DNA of 64,000 nucleotides from the NCBI GenBank assembly GCA_028716165.1, contig JAQUQI010000002.1:10431-74430 (forward strand), written 5' to 3'. The position numbers and the translations under genes are program-made. This DNA is from Candidatus Omnitrophota bacterium (GTDB taxonomy: Bacteria; Omnitrophota; Gorgyraeia; JABMRG01). The notes under the pieces are model-generated. The model had not been told where the DNA came from, did no database searches, and saw only the letters and a program-made list of their open reading frames with translations. Below, piece after piece: positions 11,916 to 22,232 of the stretch (position 1 is its first letter; each line of letters opens with the position of its first letter).

Positions 11916-13997
11916 ATGCATAGCGATTTGAAAGACATATCCGCGCGTTATATAAAAGGCGTAGGCCCTGACAGGGCCAGGCTTTTGAAACGTTTGGGCA
12001 TAAATACCGTTCAGGATGCCTTTGAGTATTTTCCCAGAAGGTATGAGGACAGGAGCAATATAAAATCCATAAAGGACATTGTCCCCGATACATACCAGAC
12101 TGTAAAGGCTAAGATTGTTTCTTCCTCGGTATTTAGAACTAAAAAAGGTATAAGCATTTTCCAGCTTGTGGTATCAGACGGGACCGCTAACATGTATTGC
12201 CTGTGGTTTCGCCAGCCTTATATGAAAAAGTGTTTTCAGCCTGACGATATTTTGATTCTTTACGGGCGCGTGCAAAAAACGACAAGGTTTCAGCTTATAC
12301 ACCCTGAATATGAAATCATAAGAGAGCCTCAAGCCCAGGAAGAGCCCATACATACCGGACGCATTGTGCCGGTTTACCCGCTAGCTTCAGGTGTGCACCA
12401 GAGAAGTTTAAGGAGGATAATAAAAAATTGTATTGATCAATACCTGGATCAGGTTGATGATATTTTGCCGCAATATATTGTTACGCGGCATAAGCTGTTT
12501 GACATAAGGCCGGCTGTAAACAATATACACTTTCCCTCTGATGATGAAAAAAGGCTTTTGGCAAGGAGGCGTATAATATTTGAGGAATTTCTTATTCTTC
12601 AGCTCGCGCTTGCCTTAAGAAGGCATCAGATAAAGAGCGCGGCTGTACCCGGCCGGCGTTCTATAGACCCGTTAAGAGAAAAAGAGTTTTTTGCCTCACT
12701 TGATTTTAAACCGACTGCTTCGCAAGAGCGCGTGATGGAAGAGATAAAAACCGATGTCTTAAGCCCAAGGCCTATGCACCGGTTAATCCAGGGCGAGGTT
12801 GGTTCAGGCAAGACTCTGGTAGCCGCCTATGCCATGTTTTTGGCCTGTGCCGGCGGTCATCAGGCGGCCATTATGGCGCCTACGGAAATATTGGCCCGTC
12901 AGCATTATATAACATTAAACAGGATATTTTCCAGGCTTGGTATAAATACGGCCTTGCTTATGAACGATATGGGCAGGCAGAAAAAAGAGGACGTGCTGAC
13001 AGCTGTAAAAAAGGGGAGCATAGATATAATAATCGGCACTCACGCTTTGATACAAAGAGGCGTTGAGTTTAATAATCTTGGGATGGTGGTTGTTGATGAG
13101 CAGCACAAGTTTGGCGTGGAACAGAGAGCGGCATTGAAGATAAAAAATGATAACCCCGATGTCCTTATTATGACGGCAACGCCCATACCCAGGACCATGG
13201 CAATGACTCTCTACGGGGACATGGACATATCTGTTATAGATACCATGCCGCACGGAAAGAGGAATGTAAAAACGATGTGGGTTGAGAGTTCGCGCCGGGC
13301 AGAGGTCTATGATTTTGTAAAAAACCAGATTGCCAGCGGTTGCCAGGCGTATATAGTATACCCTGTTATAGAAGCATCTGATTGCATCAAATCAGAAGGG
13401 GCCCTGGTCATGTTTGAAAAATTAAGCCAAACGGTATTTAAGTCTTTACGTTTGGGGCTTATGCATGGCAGGCAGAACGAAGCGCAGAAGTCGGCCGTGA
13501 TGTCTGATTTCAAACAAAAAAAAATAGACGTGCTTATAGCGACGACTATCGTGGAGGTCGGAATAGACGTTCCAAACGCCTCGGTCATGGTCATTGAAAG
13601 CGCCCATCGTTTTGGGCTTAGCCAACTCCATCAATTAAGGGGCAGGGTGGGCAGAGGCAGGAATGCTTCTTTCTGCCTGCTCGTGTCGGATACGGATACG
13701 GATGAGGCCCGCCAAAGGCTTGAGGCCATATCCAGGATTGAAGACGGTTTTGAAATAGCCCGCGAGGATTTAAATATAAGGGGCCCCGGCGCCCTGTTTG
13801 GTAAACAACAGCACGGAACGCCGGCCCTGACATTGGGCAATATCGTATCCGATGTGGATATATTGGAACAGGCAAGGCACGAGGCCTTTGGTATCATAGA
13901 CTCTGACCCGGCCCTGAAAGACGCGCGCCATAAAAAGATGAAGGACAAACTTATGGAGCGGTTTAAAGATAAATTTTATTTAGGCATGACAGGTTAA
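11916..13997 (+). CDS. recG: ATP-dependent DNA helicase RecG
   Basis: Wedge domain followed by SF2 helicase motifs (GEVGSGKT, DEQHKFG, QLHQLRGRVGRG). Length 693 aa. Confidence 0.9.
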   Translation: MHSDLKDISARYIKGVGPDRARLLKRLGINTVQDAFEYFPRRYEDRSNIKSIKDIVPDTYQTVKAKIVSSSVFRTKKGISIFQLVVSDGTANMYCLWFRQPYMKKCFQPDDILILYGRVQKTTRFQLIHPEYEIIREPQAQEEPIHTGRIVPVYPLASGVHQRSLRRIIKNCIDQYLDQVDDILPQYIVTRHKLFDIRPAVNNIHFPSDDEKRLLARRRIIFEEFLILQLALALRRHQIKSAAVPGRRSIDPLREKEFFASLDFKPTASQERVMEEIKTDVLSPRPMHRLIQGEVGSGKTLVAAYAMFLACAGGHQAAIMAPTEILARQHYITLNRIFSRLGINTALLMNDMGRQKKEDVLTAVKKGSIDIIIGTHALIQRGVEFNNLGMVVVDEQHKFGVEQRAALKIKNDNPDVLIMTATPIPRTMAMTLYGDMDISVIDTMPHGKRNVKTMWVESSRRAEVYDFVKNQIASGCQAYIVYPVIEASDCIKSEGALVMFEKLSQTVFKSLRLGLMHGRQNEAQKSAVMSDFKQKKIDVLIATTIVEVGIDVPNASVMVIESAHRFGLSQLHQLRGRVGRGRNASFCLLVSDTDTDEARQRLEAISRIEDGFEIAREDLNIRGPGALFGKQQHGTPALTLGNIVSDVDILEQARHEAFGIIDSDPALKDARHKKMKDKLMERFKDKFYLGMTG

Positions 13998-13998
13998 T

Positions 13999-14589
13999 AT
14001 GAGAGTTATTTCCGGTATATATAAAGGGCGTTTGATATCAATGCCTATGGGCATCAGGCCTACAAGGGACAATGTAAAAGAGGCATTGTTCAATGTCTTG
14101 GCTTCTTCCGTGCGCGATAAGCGCGTGCTTGATCTATTTGCCGGAAGCGGCGCGCTGGGCATAGAGGCCCTTAGCAGGTCGGCAAAAGAGACGGTTTTTA
14201 TTGATAACTCAAAAGCGTGCACGGATATAATATATGATAATATAACTAAATTATCCGCCGCCGGTTTTTCCGCCAGTATACGTATATTTACCAAAGACGC
14301 GTTCGCGGGCATCAGGCTTTTAGGCGGCGAGGGTAAAAAGTTTGATATAATATTCGCGGATCCGCCTTACTATAAGGACAGGGCAAGCGGGTCTTATCAT
14401 AAAAACCGTATAAGAAAATGCTTGAAGTATATTAGTATGTATGATATACTTGGCAATTCAGGTTTGGTGTTTGTTGAGCATTTTAAAAAAGACATTGTCC
14501 CCGGAAATTCCGGATGCCTGAATCTGTCCCGTCAGCTAAATTACGGGGATACCACAGTAAGCCTTTATACAAAAGTGGAAACTAAATGA
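13999..14589 (+). CDS. rsmD: 16S rRNA (guanine966-N2)-methyltransferase RsmD
   Basis: SAM-binding motif (VLDLFAGSGALGIEALSR) and a DPPY motif. Upstream of coaD, as in many bacteria. Confidence 0.8.
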   Translation: MRVISGIYKGRLISMPMGIRPTRDNVKEALFNVLASSVRDKRVLDLFAGSGALGIEALSRSAKETVFIDNSKACTDIIYDNITKLSAAGFSASIRIFTKDAFAGIRLLGGEGKKFDIIFADPPYYKDRASGSYHKNRIRKCLKYISMYDILGNSGLVFVEHFKKDIVPGNSGCLNLSRQLNYGDTTVSLYTKVETK

Positions 14590-15083
14590 CTAAGACAGCC
14601 GTATACCCCGGAAGTTTTGACCCCGTAACGCACGGCCATATAGACCTTATCAGGCGCGCGTCCAAAATATTTAAAAAAGTTATAATAGCGGTGACCGATA
14701 ACAGCGCGAAACAGCATCTATTTACAATAACCGAAAGGATGGATATGGTCAGGCAGGCTACGCGCCGTATTAAGGGCGTGTACGTGGACAGCTTCAACGG
14801 CCTGTCAGTGGATTATGTGAAGAAAAAAAATTCATACGTTATCATAAGAGGCATAAGAATGGTGTCGGATTTTGAGTATGAATTTCAGATGGCGCTTACC
14901 AATAGGCGTTTAAGCAGTGACGTTGAGACCATATTTTTGATGCCGAGCGAATCTTATTCCTATCTATCGTCAAAACTTATCAAAGAAACGGCCCTGCTCG
15001 GAGCGGATATCAGTTGTTTTGTGCCTCAATTTGTTGCCAGGGCGCTCTCTAAAAAAATAAAACAGGGGAGAAAAAATGCTTAG
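14586..15083 (+). CDS. coaD: Phosphopantetheine adenylyltransferase
   Basis: AVYPGSFDPVTHGHIDLIRRA, the nucleotidyltransferase H/T-x-GH motif. Length 165 aa. Confidence 0.9.
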   Translation: MTKTAVYPGSFDPVTHGHIDLIRRASKIFKKVIIAVTDNSAKQHLFTITERMDMVRQATRRIKGVYVDSFNGLSVDYVKKKNSYVIIRGIRMVSDFEYEFQMALTNRRLSSDVETIFLMPSESYSYLSSKLIKETALLGADISCFVPQFVARALSKKIKQGRKNA

Positions 15084-16080
15084 GGTGATATCGGAATTAA
15101 GAGAAAGGGCCAAACATTCCAGGCGCAGGATATGCCTGCCCGAAGGCGAGGACGAGCGCACGCTTCAGGCGCTTCATTATATTGTCCGCGAAAAACTCGC
15201 GGATATTACACTCCTGGGAGATAAAGGTAAGATAGCTTCTATCTGCAAGGCCAAGGGTTTCGCCCTTGGCAATACAGAGATAATAGATCCTGCCGCGTCG
15301 GACAAACTTGACGTTTATACGGACGGCCTTTACGGGAAGAGAAAGAACAAGGACATGACCAGGGATGACGTAAGGGCCATGCTTGTTCAAAAGCCCGTAT
15401 ACTTCGCGGCCATGCTTGTAGGAGAAAAAAAAGCCGATGGTTTTGTTGCCGGCGCGGTCCACACTACGAGAGATGTGGCCAGGTCGGCCTTGTGGTGTAT
15501 AGGAGTTAACCCTGAAGTTAAAACAATGTCAAGCTCGTTTATAATGGTGTTACAGGACGAATCTTTTGGCGAAGGGGGAGTTCTGGTATTTGCCGATTGC
15601 GGCATTGTCCCCGAGCCCTCTCCGAGACAGCTTGCCAATATTGCCATGTCCGCCGCGCGCCTTATGCAGAATATATTTAACGTTCAGCCGCGTATAGCGG
15701 TATTGAGTTTTTCTACAAAAGGAAGCGGCAAAACAGAGGCAACCGAAAACCTGGTGAGGGCCGTTGAAATAACAAGAGAAAAATACCCGAATCTTTTAAT
15801 TGACGGCGAGCTCCAGGCTGATGCCGCTTTAGTGCCTGATATAGCAAAAAGAAAAGCGCCGGACAGCCCTGTAGGAGGCAAGGCGAATGTCCTGATATTT
15901 CCTAACCTTGAGTCAGGCAATATCGCCTATAAGCTGACGGAAAGGCTTGCCAAGGCCAGGGCCCTTGGCCCGTTATTGCACGGGGTTATGGCCCCATGCA
16001 GTGATCTTTCCAGGGGGTGCTCTGCCGACGACATCATAGATATAGTTTGTGTCACATCCCTAAGATGCGCGCACACTTAA
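15076..16080 (+). CDS. pta: Phosphate acetyltransferase (phosphotransacetylase)
   Basis: 334 aa phosphate acetyl/butyryl transferase fold. Lies immediately upstream of ackA. Confidence 0.8.
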   Translation: MLRVISELRERAKHSRRRICLPEGEDERTLQALHYIVREKLADITLLGDKGKIASICKAKGFALGNTEIIDPAASDKLDVYTDGLYGKRKNKDMTRDDVRAMLVQKPVYFAAMLVGEKKADGFVAGAVHTTRDVARSALWCIGVNPEVKTMSSSFIMVLQDESFGEGGVLVFADCGIVPEPSPRQLANIAMSAARLMQNIFNVQPRIAVLSFSTKGSGKTEATENLVRAVEITREKYPNLLIDGELQADAALVPDIAKRKAPDSPVGGKANVLIFPNLESGNIAYKLTERLAKARALGPLLHGVMAPCSDLSRGCSADDIIDIVCVTSLRCAHT

Positions 16081-16094
16081 AAAACGGTCCTGCC

Positions 16095-17243
16095 ATGAAA
16101 ATACTTATAATTAACAGCGGTTCATCCAGCATAAAATACCGGTTGTTTGACCTTAAAAAAGACAGGCTTTTGTGCAAAGGCATAGTAGAGCGTATAGGTT
16201 CTGATAAGGCGCTTATAAGCCATGATGCCGGGCGCGGAAGGTGTTTTACCGGTAAGGTTGAAGCCTGTGACCATTATAAGGCCATTAGACATATATTTGA
16301 TATTTTGGTCTCTCCCAAATCGGGCGTTATGAATTCATGGGCCGACATCTCTGCCATAGGCCACCGCGTTGTCCACGGAGCCGAGATGTTTAAAGGGCCT
16401 GTGCTTATAAATAAGGCCGTTATAAAAGCAATAGAGGGCTTTAATGAATTGGCCCCGCTGCATAATCCACCGGCAGTTCTTGGCATAAAGGCATGCATTG
16501 AGTTTGCCAAGGGCATACCGCAGGCGGCTGTTTTTGACACGGCTTTTCATCAGACTATACCTCCTTATGCCTATACCTACGGCATACCTTATGGTTTTTA
16601 TAAAAAATACGGGATACGCAGATACGGTTTTCACGGAACAAGCCACAAGTATGTGTCACAGCAGGCGGCAAAGATATTGAAAAAACCGCTTTCCAGACTG
16701 AACCTGGTCACCTGCCATTTGGGTAACGGTTGCAGTATAACTGCCGTAAAATCAGGCCGGTCTATTGATACGAGCATGGGTTTTACCCCGCTTGAAGGCT
16801 TGCTTATGGGTACAAGGTCAGGCGATATAGATCCTGCCGCGGTATTATTTATTATGGAAAAGGAAGGCCTCTCCATTAAGGATGCCGATCATATGCTCAA
16901 TAAAAAAAGCGGCATACTCGGCCTCTCCGGCGTAAGTAACGATATGAGGGACATATTAAAACGACTACGCGAAGGCGATAAAATGGCCGCTCTTATCCTG
17001 GACATATTCGCCTACCGTATCATAAAATATATCGGCGCTTATACCGCCGTTATGAACAGGATTGACGCCGTAGTCCTTACGGGCGGCATAGGAGAAAACA
17101 GCGCTGTTATCAAGTCAATGATTGGCCGTAGGGTAAAAGGGTTTTTATCCAAATTCCGAGCCAGGCTTATTGTGATACCCACAGATGAAGAGTGGATGAT
17201 AGCCAAAGAGACGTCGGAAATGGTCGGAGCAAAGAATCGGTGA
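16095..17243 (+). CDS. ackA: Acetate kinase
   Basis: Start refined to MKILIINSGSSSIKYRLFD, the ASKHA N-terminus. Conserved acetate-kinase motifs throughout. Confidence 0.9.
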   Translation: MKILIINSGSSSIKYRLFDLKKDRLLCKGIVERIGSDKALISHDAGRGRCFTGKVEACDHYKAIRHIFDILVSPKSGVMNSWADISAIGHRVVHGAEMFKGPVLINKAVIKAIEGFNELAPLHNPPAVLGIKACIEFAKGIPQAAVFDTAFHQTIPPYAYTYGIPYGFYKKYGIRRYGFHGTSHKYVSQQAAKILKKPLSRLNLVTCHLGNGCSITAVKSGRSIDTSMGFTPLEGLLMGTRSGDIDPAAVLFIMEKEGLSIKDADHMLNKKSGILGLSGVSNDMRDILKRLREGDKMAALILDIFAYRIIKYIGAYTAVMNRIDAVVLTGGIGENSAVIKSMIGRRVKGFLSKFRARLIVIPTDEEWMIAKETSEMVGAKNR

Positions 17244-17650
17244 AAGTCTGCGTTAACGAGATATTGAAAGACGGGCTGGACATAGAAAGGCATATAGAGG
17301 CGAGCTCACTCGGCATAGAGACCTCACAGATAACGTATCCTTGTCCGGTCACTGTCCGCGCGCATTTGGAAAGAGATGCCGATACGGTCCGCGCGTCTGT
17401 ATCAATATCGGCAAAAGCCCGCATGATATGCAGCAGATGCCTTGAGCAGTTTGATTTCAACATATCGCAAAAAGGGGATTTTATCTATGATACGGGCAAC
17501 GGGCATTTCATTGATTTGAGCGACGACATAAAAGATTCTATAATGCTGGGGTATCCTATGAGGCAGTTATGCCGCCCCGATTGCAAGGGCCTGTGCCATA
17601 AGTGCGGCGCTAACCTTAACCAGGATTCCTGCGGATGCGTTACGCGATAA
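17240..17650 (+). CDS. YceD/DUF177 family protein (large-ribosomal-subunit-associated, Cys-rich C-terminus)
   Basis: C-terminal CRPDCKGLCHKCGANLNQDSCGC. Probable GTG start overlapping the ackA stop, with GGAGC 9 nt upstream. The usual downstream rpmF-plsX-fabH genes are absent. Confidence 0.65.
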   Translation: MKVCVNEILKDGLDIERHIEASSLGIETSQITYPCPVTVRAHLERDADTVRASVSISAKARMICSRCLEQFDFNISQKGDFIYDTGNGHFIDLSDDIKDSIMLGYPMRQLCRPDCKGLCHKCGANLNQDSCGCVTR

Positions 17651-17660
17651 TGGAGAATAT

Positions 17661-18515
17661 ATGTCAAAACTTGGTATCATAGGCGGCAGTGGTTTATACG
17701 ACATGCCCAACCTGCGTGCCGTGGAATGGATAGGCATACGAACGCCGTTTGGTAAGCCGTCGGATAAATTCCTCCGCGCCGAACTGTCCGGCAGGGATGT
17801 CATATTCTTACCAAGGCACGGCAGGGGGCACCATCTTTTACCCGGAGAAATTAACAATGCGGCGAATATTTACGCTATGAAAAAACTCGGCGTTGATACA
17901 ATAATATCCGTTTCTACCGTAGGCAGCCTTAGGCAGGAGATTAAGCCTATGGATATAGTCATACCGGACCAGTATGTTGACAGGACGAACCAGGCCAGGT
18001 CAGGCACATTGTTCGGTAACGGCCTCGCGGCACACATAACGTTTTCCGACCCTGTCTGCCCGGTATTGTCAAAACTGCTCTTTGACGCGGCCTCGGCGCT
18101 GGGCCTGCCTGCTCACGCAAAAGGCGTATATCTTAACATGGAAGGGCCTTCATTTTCTACCAGGGCGGAATCAAATCTCTATAGGAGCTGGGGCATGGAT
18201 ATTATCGGCATGACGAATCTTCATGAAGCCAGATGCGCCAGGGAAGCGGAGATATGTTATGCCACATTGGCCATGGTCACGGACTATGACTGTTGGCATG
18301 AGTCGGACAATGCCAGCGTTGATATTATAATACAGAACCTCTCGCGCAATATAGATAACGCTAAAAAAATATTAGAAACCGTATCAAGCCGATTGCCCCA
18401 AAAAAGAGACTGTCTTTGCGCCGGCGCCTTAAAAGGCGCTATTATTACAAAGCCCGCAGCTATTTTGGCAGATGTAAGAAAAAGGCTTGATATCATAATC
18501 GGAAAATATTTATGA
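17661..18515 (+). CDS. mtnP: S-methyl-5'-thioadenosine phosphorylase
   Basis: MSKLGIIGGSGLYDM N-terminus and the PNP/MTAP fold. Confidence 0.8.
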   Translation: MSKLGIIGGSGLYDMPNLRAVEWIGIRTPFGKPSDKFLRAELSGRDVIFLPRHGRGHHLLPGEINNAANIYAMKKLGVDTIISVSTVGSLRQEIKPMDIVIPDQYVDRTNQARSGTLFGNGLAAHITFSDPVCPVLSKLLFDAASALGLPAHAKGVYLNMEGPSFSTRAESNLYRSWGMDIIGMTNLHEARCAREAEICYATLAMVTDYDCWHESDNASVDIIIQNLSRNIDNAKKILETVSSRLPQKRDCLCAGALKGAIITKPAAILADVRKRLDIIIGKYL

Positions 18516-18573
18516 CACCGCCGCCAATGGCGTTTTTTAAAAATCAAGGCTTTTAAAAAGGCAGATAGAAAAA

Positions 18574-21414
18574 ATGGATTATAAAGACACATTAAATCTT
18601 CCGCGCACGGATTTCAAAATGAAGGCCAGCCTGCCTCAAAAGGAGCCGGATATACTGAACTTCTGGCGCGATGCGGACATATGCTCCAAGATAAAATCAG
18701 CGCATCAGCACATGCCCAAATACGTCTTGCATGACGGGCCTCCTTACGCGAACGGCCATATACATATAGGCCATGCCATGAATAAGATATTAAAGGATAT
18801 AGTTATCAGGCACAAGACGATGAAGGGTTATTATTGTGAATATATACCCGGATGGGATTGCCATGGACTGCCTGTTGAGCATGAACTTTTCAAAAAAATG
18901 AACAAAAAGAAAGCCGATATCAGCCAGATAGAATTCAGAAAAAAAGCCCACGATTACGCCATGGGTTTTGTTGATGTGCAGAGGCAGGAATTCAAAAGGC
19001 TGGGTATATTCGGGCAATGGGATGAACCCTATCTTACCACGGACAAATCCTATGAGGCATCTATAATAAGATCATTGGCTTGCCTTGTCCGAAAAGGTTA
19101 TATATATCAAGGGCGAAAGCCTGTTAACTGGTGCTGTAAGTGCGAGACCGCTTTAGCCGAGGCCGAAGTGGAATATGAAAATCGCGTATCCGCGTCTATC
19201 TATGTCAAATTTAAAATATCCGATTTAGACAAACAAACCAAGCTTCCATCCTGTGTTATCGGCAAAAACGATTATATACTTATATGGACAACAACGCCCT
19301 GGACACTGGTAGCCAATGTTGCCGTGGCCGTTCATCCTGACAGCGAATACGTTATCGTTGAGACAGGCGGGGAAAGAATTATCATGGCCTCTGCCTTGCT
19401 TGAGCAGGTTTACGCAAAGACAGGGCTTAAAAAAGGCCCGATAGCCGCCTCTGTGAAGGGAAAGGATTTGGAAGGGTTGTCTTATGAGCATCCATTCGGA
19501 TACCGCCGCGGAAGTGTGGTGCTTGCCGATTATGTGTCCATGGAAGATGGGACAGGTTGCGTGCATACCGCTCCGGGTCACGGCCAGGACGATTATGCCA
19601 CGGGCCGGTCTTACGGCCTTGAGGTCATAATGCCTGTTGATGAAAGAGGCGTATTCACCGAACAGGCAGGGGAATTTAAAGGCGCCAATGTCCATCAGGC
19701 CAATGACGCTATTATTGACAAGCTCAAGCGCTTAGGCCTTCTGGTTTTCAGCGGCCAGATAAATCATTCCTATCCTCACTGCTGGAGATGCAAAAGCCCC
19801 ATTATATTCAGGGCGACAGAACAATGGTTTATGTCCATTGACCATAACGGGCTAAGGCCTGCCATCCAATCCGCGATAAAAGAGGTCAACTGGGTGCCTG
19901 CCCAGGGTTATGAGCGTATAAAATCCATGATAGATACGCGGCCGGACTGGTGTTTGTCCAGGCAGAGATATTGGGGGGTTCCCATACCTGTTTTTCGTTG
20001 TCTACGGTGTAAAAAATGGATAGCGGACGGCGCGGCCATTGACCATTTTGCCGCTATTGTTGAAAAGCATGGCAGTGGAATATGGTTTGAGGCGGACATG
20101 AAGGATCTTTTGCCTAAAGGTTATAAGTGCGCCTGCGGGGGGTTTGATTTTGAGAAGGGCAAGGATATAATTGACGTGTGGTTTGAATCAGGCGTAAGCC
20201 ATCAGGCTGTTTTAAAAAACAGGAAAGGGCTGGAATATCCCTGCAGTTTATATCTTGAGGGAAGCGACCAGCACAGGGGATGGTTCCAGTCATCCATAAT
20301 AACATCTATGGCCATAGACAATAAATCCGCTTTCAAATCCGTTCTTACCCATGGTTTTGTTGTGGACGGCACAGGCAGAAAAATGTCAAAGTCGCTTGGC
20401 AATGTTGTTTCGCCCCAGGATATTATAAAAGATTACGGCGCGGACATATTAAGGTTGTGGGCGGCATTTTCAGATTATAACGACGATATCAGGATATCCG
20501 ACGAGATAATGGCCAGGCTCGTTGAGGCATACCGCAAGATCCGCAATACGGCGAGGTTTATGCTTAGCAACTTGTATGATTTCAATCCGCGCAAAGACCT
20601 TGTGCCGGATGATAGTATGCGCCAGATAGACAAGTGGGCTGTATCAAGGGCGCGCCGGCTTTTACACGATACAAGCGCCTATTATGAGAGCTTTCAGTTC
20701 CATAAAGTTTATCACAACCTTTACTCGTTTTGTATTGTTGATATGTCTAATTTTTATCTTGATATTGTAAAAGATGTGCTTTATACTTTTAAAAATGATT
20801 CCGTAGAGAGGCGTTCATGCCAGAGCGGTTTATATATCATTCTTGATGTTCTCGCAAGGGTCATAGCGCCTGTTCTCGTATTTACATCGGAAGAGATCTG
20901 GCGGTGCATGCCCGGCAGAGAAGGTATGCCGGAAAGCGTGCATTTAAGCCTTATTGACGATAAAGACAGTTTCAGCGTAGACGACAACCTTGAGGATAAA
21001 TACGCGCGGCTTAAACGGGTAAGGGACGCTGTGCTTAAGGCGCTTGAATCCAGCCGCGGCGCCGGCATGATAGGCAGTTCGCTGGAGGCTTGCGTAATGT
21101 TGCATGCCAAAACGGATGAAATATGGGATTTTTTGAAGTCCAACGAGAAAGACCTTGCCGCGCTTTTTATAGTTTCTCAAGCCGGCGTTGAAAAAGGGCC
21201 CGGCTCCGAGGGGGCCTTTGAAGACGATGAACTGCCGTCGGTGCGGATATCTGTTACAAAGGCCAAAGGCAAAAAATGCGACAGGTGCTGGAATTTCAGC
21301 CTGACTACGGGCAAGGGCTCAAAATACGCCAATGTGTGCGGCAGGTGTCATGACGTATTGGCCGGTATAAAAGGAGAAATTGGTAATGGAGAAATTAGAA
21401 AAATCAAAACTTAA
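18574..21414 (+). CDS. ileS: Isoleucine--tRNA ligase
   Basis: HIGH motif (PYANGHIHIGHAMNK), KMSKS motif, and a C-terminal zinc-finger region (CDRCW...CGRCH). Length 946 aa. Confidence 0.95.
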   Translation: MDYKDTLNLPRTDFKMKASLPQKEPDILNFWRDADICSKIKSAHQHMPKYVLHDGPPYANGHIHIGHAMNKILKDIVIRHKTMKGYYCEYIPGWDCHGLPVEHELFKKMNKKKADISQIEFRKKAHDYAMGFVDVQRQEFKRLGIFGQWDEPYLTTDKSYEASIIRSLACLVRKGYIYQGRKPVNWCCKCETALAEAEVEYENRVSASIYVKFKISDLDKQTKLPSCVIGKNDYILIWTTTPWTLVANVAVAVHPDSEYVIVETGGERIIMASALLEQVYAKTGLKKGPIAASVKGKDLEGLSYEHPFGYRRGSVVLADYVSMEDGTGCVHTAPGHGQDDYATGRSYGLEVIMPVDERGVFTEQAGEFKGANVHQANDAIIDKLKRLGLLVFSGQINHSYPHCWRCKSPIIFRATEQWFMSIDHNGLRPAIQSAIKEVNWVPAQGYERIKSMIDTRPDWCLSRQRYWGVPIPVFRCLRCKKWIADGAAIDHFAAIVEKHGSGIWFEADMKDLLPKGYKCACGGFDFEKGKDIIDVWFESGVSHQAVLKNRKGLEYPCSLYLEGSDQHRGWFQSSIITSMAIDNKSAFKSVLTHGFVVDGTGRKMSKSLGNVVSPQDIIKDYGADILRLWAAFSDYNDDIRISDEIMARLVEAYRKIRNTARFMLSNLYDFNPRKDLVPDDSMRQIDKWAVSRARRLLHDTSAYYESFQFHKVYHNLYSFCIVDMSNFYLDIVKDVLYTFKNDSVERRSCQSGLYIILDVLARVIAPVLVFTSEEIWRCMPGREGMPESVHLSLIDDKDSFSVDDNLEDKYARLKRVRDAVLKALESSRGAGMIGSSLEACVMLHAKTDEIWDFLKSNEKDLAALFIVSQAGVEKGPGSEGAFEDDELPSVRISVTKAKGKKCDRCWNFSLTTGKGSKYANVCGRCHDVLAGIKGEIGNGEIRKIKT

Positions 21415-21769
21415 AAAGATCCTTCTGCAGATGAGAGAAGGCATCATTGCCAAGGTTAGGAATATAGAAAAAGAGAACCTGAACCGCCTGCAAAAAGACG
21501 CTGCCGGAGACCTGTCGGGTTATGGCATACATATGGCGGATGTGGCAAGTGATAATTTTGAGCGTGAGCTTTCGCTCGGCCTGGCTGCCAATGAGCGTGA
21601 ACTGCTTTACAATATTGACGACGCGTTAAAGAGGTTAAATGAAAGGGATTTCGGGCAATGCCAGGCCTGCGGCAAGCCGATAGGCATTAAACGATTAAGC
21701 GCCGTTCCCTATGCCGTAATGTGCGTGGCATGCCAGGAACACGCTGAAAAGAACAAGGGTCAGGCCTGA
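21386..21769 (+). CDS. DksA/TraR-family C4-type zinc-finger protein
   Basis: C-terminal CQACGKPIG...CVACQ. The ATG at 21386 follows an AAGGAG SD. The ileS - zinc finger - lspA order is common. Confidence 0.7.
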   Translation: MEKLEKSKLKKILLQMREGIIAKVRNIEKENLNRLQKDAAGDLSGYGIHMADVASDNFERELSLGLAANERELLYNIDDALKRLNERDFGQCQACGKPIGIKRLSAVPYAVMCVACQEHAEKNKGQA

Positions 21770-21773
21770 TATT

Positions 21774-22223
21774 GTGTGGTTTTTTTTTGTGGTATTTATC
21801 GTGGTGTTTTCAGACAGGATTACCAAGGCTTTGGTTTTTTCAAGCCTGACTGCCGGGACATCGTATCCTGTCATTGACAATATATTGCATATCAGCCCTA
21901 TCTATAATAAAGGAATGGCGTTCGGGCTTTTTCCGAATTGGGGTAGTTCCTTTTTTGCTGTTATATCATGCCTTATTCTTTTATTTATCGCATATTTTCT
22001 AATTTTTAAAAAGCCCAAGTCGTTTTTGCTGATCTCCGGAATGTGTTTTGTGTTTTCCGGCGCTCTTAGTAATCTTATTGACCGTCTGGCTTACGGCCGC
22101 GTATTAGACTTCATAGATTTCAGATTATGGCCTGTTTTTAATATAGCGGATTCGGCAATTACACTGGGTGTATCATTGATATCGCTGTATCTTTTTAAGC
22201 AAAGCCGCCTTAAACGCGTGTGA
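21774..22223 (+). CDS. lspA: Lipoprotein signal peptidase (signal peptidase II)
   Basis: Four TM helices and conserved LspA blocks (NKGMAFGL; VLDFIDF...WPVFNIADSAI). Confidence 0.85.
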   Translation: MWFFFVVFIVVFSDRITKALVFSSLTAGTSYPVIDNILHISPIYNKGMAFGLFPNWGSSFFAVISCLILLFIAYFLIFKKPKSFLLISGMCFVFSGALSNLIDRLAYGRVLDFIDFRLWPVFNIADSAITLGVSLISLYLFKQSRLKRV

Positions 22224-22232
22224 GGGGACCGC